Part shown: positions 60,116 through 64,000 of the stretch, one piece after another | Layout of the letters: every line of letters starts with the position of its first letter | Numbering within the stretch: position 1 is the stretch's first letter | NCBI GenBank assembly: GCA_036338435.1 | Contig: JAYZCG010000037.1 | Coordinates: 6,179-70,178, forward strand | Length of the DNA: 64,000 nucleotides | DNA from: Acidobacteriota bacterium | GTDB taxonomy: Bacteria > Acidobacteriota > UBA6911 > RPQK01 > JADFOI01 | Direction of reading: 5' to 3' | Notes under the pieces: generated by a model | Database searches by the model: none | The model's input: only the letters and a program-made list of their open reading frames with translations | Told to the model about the DNA's origin: nothing | Made by a program: the position numbers and the translations under genes

Positions 60116-60950
60116 CCCTTTGTTGCGGCAGGCCTTAGCTGAGGACCTGGGAAGAGGAGATGTCACCACTGATGCAATTTTAGGGCTGACGGATATCTCA
60201 AAATTGGATGTAACAAGATTTCAGGCGACTTTGACGGCCAAGGAAGAGCTTGTTCTTGCCGGATGGCCTATCTTCGTTAGGATATTTGAACTTTTGGGAA
60301 AGGTCAAAGCTCAAACTCGTTTTGAGGAAGGAGCCACAGTATCCTCGGGAGACATCGTGGGAACATTGGAGGGAGCGGGTTCTTTGTTGCTGACGGGCGA
60401 GCGTGTAGCCCTGAACTTTTTGCAGCGGATGTGTGGAATTGCCACATTGACTCAAGACTATGTTAAACGAGTTGCGCATACTCAGACCAAACTTTTGGAT
60501 ACACGTAAAACTACGCCTTTGTGGAGAGTGTTAGAAAAGTATGCAGTCAGAATCGGTGGAGGGCACAATCATAGATCTGGTCTAGATGACGGGATTCTCA
60601 TTAAGGAAAATCATGTAACTGTTGCAGGAGGGATAAAAGAGGCCATTGAGGCCTGTCGCAATTCTGTGCATCATCTCCAGAAGATCGAAGTCGAGGTAAG
60701 GAACTCTGAGGAGATAATGCAAGCTCTTAGTTCAGGAGCAGATATTTTACTTCTGGACAATATGACGCCAGAACAGGTTCATGAAGCAGTGAAGATGGTT
60801 AAGTCACGTTGTGTAATTGAGATCTCGGGAGGAGTTAATACAGACAACGTTGTACGGTATGCTGAAGCAGGAGCTGACTTTGTTTCCTTGGGGATTTTAA
60901 CGCATTCATCTCCTTCATCAGATCTAAGTCTTATTCTGGAAATCAGATGA
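60093..60950 (+). CDS. nadC: nicotinate-nucleotide diphosphorylase (carboxylating)
   Basis: LRQALAEDLGRGDVTTDAI and a QPRTase fold. Start placed at MNFLSLD, overlapping the valS end by 23 nt. Confidence 0.88.
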   Translation, partial: SMNFLSLDPLLRQALAEDLGRGDVTTDAILGLTDISKLDVTRFQATLTAKEELVLAGWPIFVRIFELLGKVKAQTRFEEGATVSSGDIVGTLEGAGSLLLTGERVALNFLQRMCGIATLTQDYVKRVAHTQTKLLDTRKTTPLWRVLEKYAVRIGGGHNHRSGLDDGILIKENHVTVAGGIKEAIEACRNSVHHLQKIEVEVRNSEEIMQALSSGADILLLDNMTPEQVHEAVKMVKSRCVIEISGGVNTDNVVRYAEAGADFVSLGILTHSSPSSDLSLILEIR

Positions 60951-61567
60951 AAACTGTGACACAGGGGATCGGTCCGTTCTTCAAGAAGTTTGACTATCTC
61001 GAAAGCATCGATTCGACCAACGAATATTTGAAGTCTTATGTAGCTGAAGGGGAGCCGAGGATTGTAGTGGCAGGAGAGCAAACGGCCGGGAAAGGACGGT
61101 ATTCTCGCAGATGGTATTCTCCGCTTGGAAAGGGGTTGTATGTGTCGTATTTACTGTACCCTGGATGGCATATTGGTCGGATTCCTTTCCTAGAGATGTT
61201 AGCGGGATTGGCGGTTGTCGGTGCCGTTGTAAAAACAGCACCGACCACTTTTTCAGTCAAACTCAAGCGTCCCAATGATGTCTACATTTCAGGGAAAAAA
61301 GTCTGTGGGGTTCTAACTGAAACAAGCACATCCCAGAATCAGATTTTATGGGCCATCATTGGGATTGGAGTTAATCTCTATCAGAAGGAATTTCCAGGAG
61401 ATTTAGACCGAACGGCCACCTCACTGAGAGCACAAGGTTTGAGTGTAAATGACCCTCTCGATTTCTGCGAAATTCTGACTCAAGAATTGCAACATCTGTA
61501 TGGAGAACTGACAGAAGGGCGATGGAAACATCTTCAGGACAAATTCGAAAACTTGCTTTTAAGTTAA
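60947..61567 (+). CDS. birA: biotin--[acetyl-CoA-carboxylase] ligase (class I, no HTH domain)
   Basis: GEQTAGKGRYSRRWYSPLGKGLYVS matches the BPL GRGRxGRxW-type motif. Confidence 0.85.
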   Translation: MKTVTQGIGPFFKKFDYLESIDSTNEYLKSYVAEGEPRIVVAGEQTAGKGRYSRRWYSPLGKGLYVSYLLYPGWHIGRIPFLEMLAGLAVVGAVVKTAPTTFSVKLKRPNDVYISGKKVCGVLTETSTSQNQILWAIIGIGVNLYQKEFPGDLDRTATSLRAQGLSVNDPLDFCEILTQELQHLYGELTEGRWKHLQDKFENLLLS

Positions 61568-61574
61568 CAGGAAT

Positions 61575-62519
61575 ATGAATGTTTTTAGCCATTGGGAATC
61601 AAGTTACTATAAGCGGCTGAAGAAAGCACTTGCAGTCACCAAGGACACGATAAGTCAGCAAATAAGCGGAATAATAGGTGGGGCGGATAGTCCTATCACC
61701 GCAAGTCATCTAGAAGAGCTAGAAAACATCTTGATTGGTGCCGACATCGGAGTTCAGACTAGCCTAGCAATACTTGAAGAAATCCGAGAAAAAGTTCGTG
61801 GGATGACGGCTATATCAGAAAATCAAGTAAGAAGAATGATCCAAGATCAGATTTTGAACATTCTCAAGACTGTGCAGAACGTAGATACAGAAAACATACA
61901 GACAATTCGACCCCACGTGGTCTTTGTAGTGGGTGTCAACGGTGTTGGCAAAACGACGACGGTTGGCAAACTAGCACATCTCTTTCAACAGGAGGGGAAA
62001 AATGTATTGGTGTGTGCGGCAGATACTTTTCGTGCAGCTGCAACCGAACAGTTGGAAATATGGGCCGACCACACCGGGGCTGATATTGTGAAACAAGATG
62101 AAGGGACTGATCCATCTGCAGTTCTTTTTGATGCAATGGCGGTGGCTCGTGCCAGAGATAAGGACGTGCTGGTTGTGGACACTGCTGGGCGTCTTCATAC
62201 CAATACAAATCTACTGGAGGAGCTAAAGAAAATGCGGCGTGTAGCCGCTCGGGAAATTAATGGAGCTCCTCATGAGGTATACCTAGTTTTGGATGCTACG
62301 ACAGGACAAAATGGTCTGAGTCAGGCTCGAGAGTTTTTCAAGCAGATTGGAATCACAGGGATTATTGTTGCTAAGTTAGATGGTACTGCCAAGGGAGGTA
62401 TCGTCATTGCCATTGCCCGAGAACTCAAAATTCCAATCTGCTACGTGGGCATAGGGGAACAGCAAGAAGATCTGATCCCATTTTCAGGAGAAGCTTTCGC
62501 CAGGTCCCTGGCCTTTTAG
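61575..62519 (+). CDS. ftsY: signal recognition particle-docking protein FtsY (NG domain)
   Basis: VVGVNGVGKTTTVGKLA (G1), DTAGR and KLDGTAKGG. 314 aa. Confidence 0.92.
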   Translation: MNVFSHWESSYYKRLKKALAVTKDTISQQISGIIGGADSPITASHLEELENILIGADIGVQTSLAILEEIREKVRGMTAISENQVRRMIQDQILNILKTVQNVDTENIQTIRPHVVFVVGVNGVGKTTTVGKLAHLFQQEGKNVLVCAADTFRAAATEQLEIWADHTGADIVKQDEGTDPSAVLFDAMAVARARDKDVLVVDTAGRLHTNTNLLEELKKMRRVAAREINGAPHEVYLVLDATTGQNGLSQAREFFKQIGITGIIVAKLDGTAKGGIVIAIARELKIPICYVGIGEQQEDLIPFSGEAFARSLAF

Positions 62520-62594
62520 CCGGTAAAAATATGCCTTCTCGTAGTAGCACTCTCTTACAGCATATCTGAGCGGAATGGACGGTGTGTTTGTGCC

Positions 62595-63281
62595 CTATCT
62601 TTGTCGGGGTCGGTTGCTGAATAATGCGATCAAAAAGATGCCCGAAATGAATCCTCCAATGTGAGCCCACCAGGCTACTCCACCCATTACATTGGTGGCC
62701 GATCCGATCGCTGCTGTTCCGTTAAAGAGTTGGACAACAAACCAAAATCCTAGGACCAATATGGCTGGGAGTTCTACCACTGGCCAGATGATGAAGAAAG
62801 GCAACAGCGTGAGGACACGTGCAAATGGATAGCTAATCAGATAGGCACCTAGGATACCCGCTACAGCACCACTTGCTCCGATTGTGGGAACTGGGCTGTC
62901 AATGTTGAAAATAATGTGTGTAACACCAGCTAGAATACCGCACAAAAGATAGAAAAACAGAAACCTAATCGGGCCCATTCGGTCTTCTACATTGTCGCCG
63001 AATATCCACAAAAACCATATGTTGCCTAGTAGATGAACAAAACCCGCATGTAGAACGATCGAAGTCAATATTGAGATAGTTACCTCTGTCAAGACCACTG
63101 GAGGGTTGTGTCCGACCAGCTGGAGTTTAGAGGGGATGACACCATAAGTGCCAATCAGGTTGTTGAATCCCTCCCGGGACAGAGACAACTCGTATATGAA
63201 GACCACCACATTGGCCAGGATAAGCGTAATCGTCATTAGGGGGAAGCGACGTGAGGGAACACTGTCCTTAAAGGGGATCAT
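62595..63281 (-). CDS. rhomboid family intramembrane serine protease
   Basis: 6-7 TM helices. GASGAVAGILGAY contains the catalytic GxSG, with a downstream His in a TM helix. Confidence 0.82.
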   Translation of the reverse strand: MIPFKDSVPSRRFPLMTITLILANVVVFIYELSLSREGFNNLIGTYGVIPSKLQLVGHNPPVVLTEVTISILTSIVLHAGFVHLLGNIWFLWIFGDNVEDRMGPIRFLFFYLLCGILAGVTHIIFNIDSPVPTIGASGAVAGILGAYLISYPFARVLTLLPFFIIWPVVELPAILVLGFWFVVQLFNGTAAIGSATNVMGGVAWWAHIGGFISGIFLIALFSNRPRQR

Positions 63282-63307
63282 TGTTCAAAAGGAGCTGGTC
63301 TTGCTTC

Positions 63308-64000
63308 CTATAGGTGGATGAGCTGGGTAAACTTTATGGCTGGGATATTATGTATTTTCTCTAATGTATCTTCCGGTATTTCACCGTCTGTGTTGACGAC
63401 TCCTATGGCGTGAGATTGATCACCATCTCGTCCCAAAACAAAGGAGGCGATGTTGATCTTTGCATTTCCCAGGATCATACCAACCTGTCCAATGACTCCG
63501 GGAGTGTCTTCGTTGCGGATAAAGAGAATTTGGTTGCCAAGCTCAGTTTCCACAGGGATACCATCAATCGAGACCAAACGAAGATTGCCCCGATGTAATA
63601 TAGCTCCTTCGATCCACTCGGTCTTTTCATGTGATCGTAACTGGATGCTAATCAGATTGCTGTAACTACGCTGTCGACTACTCACGGTCTCAATGATGGA
63701 AATACCACGTTCCTTTGCATGATTCCGAGCGTTGATTAGGTTAATCTCCTCCGAGAGCATAGGGTTTAGGAGTGCCTTTAAAATATAATTGCTGATGGGT
63801 TTGTAATTTAATTGTGCTAGGTTACCGTAGTATCGAATGCCTACCTCGGAAATTCTGATTTCTGAAATCTGCGAGATGAAAGAACCCAGTTTTTCTCCCA
63901 AACTGACATATGGTTGGATCTGATCCAGTTCTTTGCCGCTCATTGAGGGGAAATTGACCGCATTCAGAATCACTTTTTGCTGTAAATAAGTGGTCACCTG
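63308..64000 (-). CDS. serA: D-3-phosphoglycerate dehydrogenase, C-terminal ASB+ACT domains (N-terminal part beyond the window end)
   Basis: C-terminus LFIRNEDTPGVIGQVGMILGNAKINIASFVLGR is an ACT domain. The ORF is open to the window edge. Confidence 0.8.
   Translation of the reverse strand, partial: QVTTYLQQKVILNAVNFPSMSGKELDQIQPYVSLGEKLGSFISQISEIRISEVGIRYYGNLAQLNYKPISNYILKALLNPMLSEEINLINARNHAKERGISIIETVSSRQRSYSNLISIQLRSHEKTEWIEGAILHRGNLRLVSIDGIPVETELGNQILFIRNEDTPGVIGQVGMILGNAKINIASFVLGRDGDQSHAIGVVNTDGEIPEDTLEKIHNIPAIKFTQLIHL

Noticed and set aside
1-64000. Search for tRNA/rRNA genes, CRISPR arrays, integrases/transposases, toxin-antitoxin pairs
   Set aside because: None found by eye. Intergenic regions are few and short, and the ones inspected (5993-6085, 12739-13076, 18539-19034, 20013-20192, 31594-31823, 34167-34285, 39748-39977, 41961-42093) show no cloverleaf-like or repeat-spacer structure.

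Overview
A 64-kb chromosomal segment from a diderm (Gram-negative) bacterium, about 48-50% GC by eye. Coding density is high, I found no rRNA/tRNA, CRISPR or transposase/integrase genes, and most genes are housekeeping. Gene content includes a CxxxY-type CcmE, an 11-subunit nuo operon without nuoEFG and an Fo-only atp operon directly followed by ccm genes. This suggests an anaerobic or microaerophilic lineage such as Nitrospirota or Desulfobacterota, but that is only an inference.

Gene order along the window:
- rseP(partial)-dxr-cdsA-uppS and truA on the minus strand.
- yebC, ruvC and a cyclophilin PPIase on the plus strand.
- grpE on the minus strand.
- A non-housekeeping three-gene module at 7654-12738.
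- mltD-aroK-aroA-uvrB on the minus strand.
- galE and uxs.
- nuoABCDHIJKLMN with no nuoEFG.
- atpZ-atpI-atpB-atpE-atpF (Fo only), followed directly by a variant System-I ccm cluster: ccmE(CxxxY)-ccmF-ccmH-ccmI(short)-ccmA-ccmB-ccmC-ccmD.
- dnaK with a C-terminal tandem repeat, a hypothetical protein and a DedA-like protein.
- A Lol-like ABC cluster flanked by two LolA-fold lipoproteins.
- pgsA-mlaD-mlaF-mlaE on the minus strand.
- aroC, then def-fmt-rsmB followed by a kinase-less PASTA protein and rpe.
- bamD, valS, nadC, birA and ftsY.
- rhomboid and serA (partial) on the minus strand.

The best candidate for a new system is the module at 7654-12738. It has a 76-aa membrane peptide translationally coupled (ATGA overlap) to a kinase-like/SAM-methyltransferase fusion enzyme. 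The fusion resembles WbdD with the domain order inverted. Divergently transcribed from these is a 1002-aa membrane-anchored sulfatase/phosphotransferase-like protein with a roughly 450-aa C-terminal domain I cannot place.

All calls come from reading the translations and motifs; no database search was possible.
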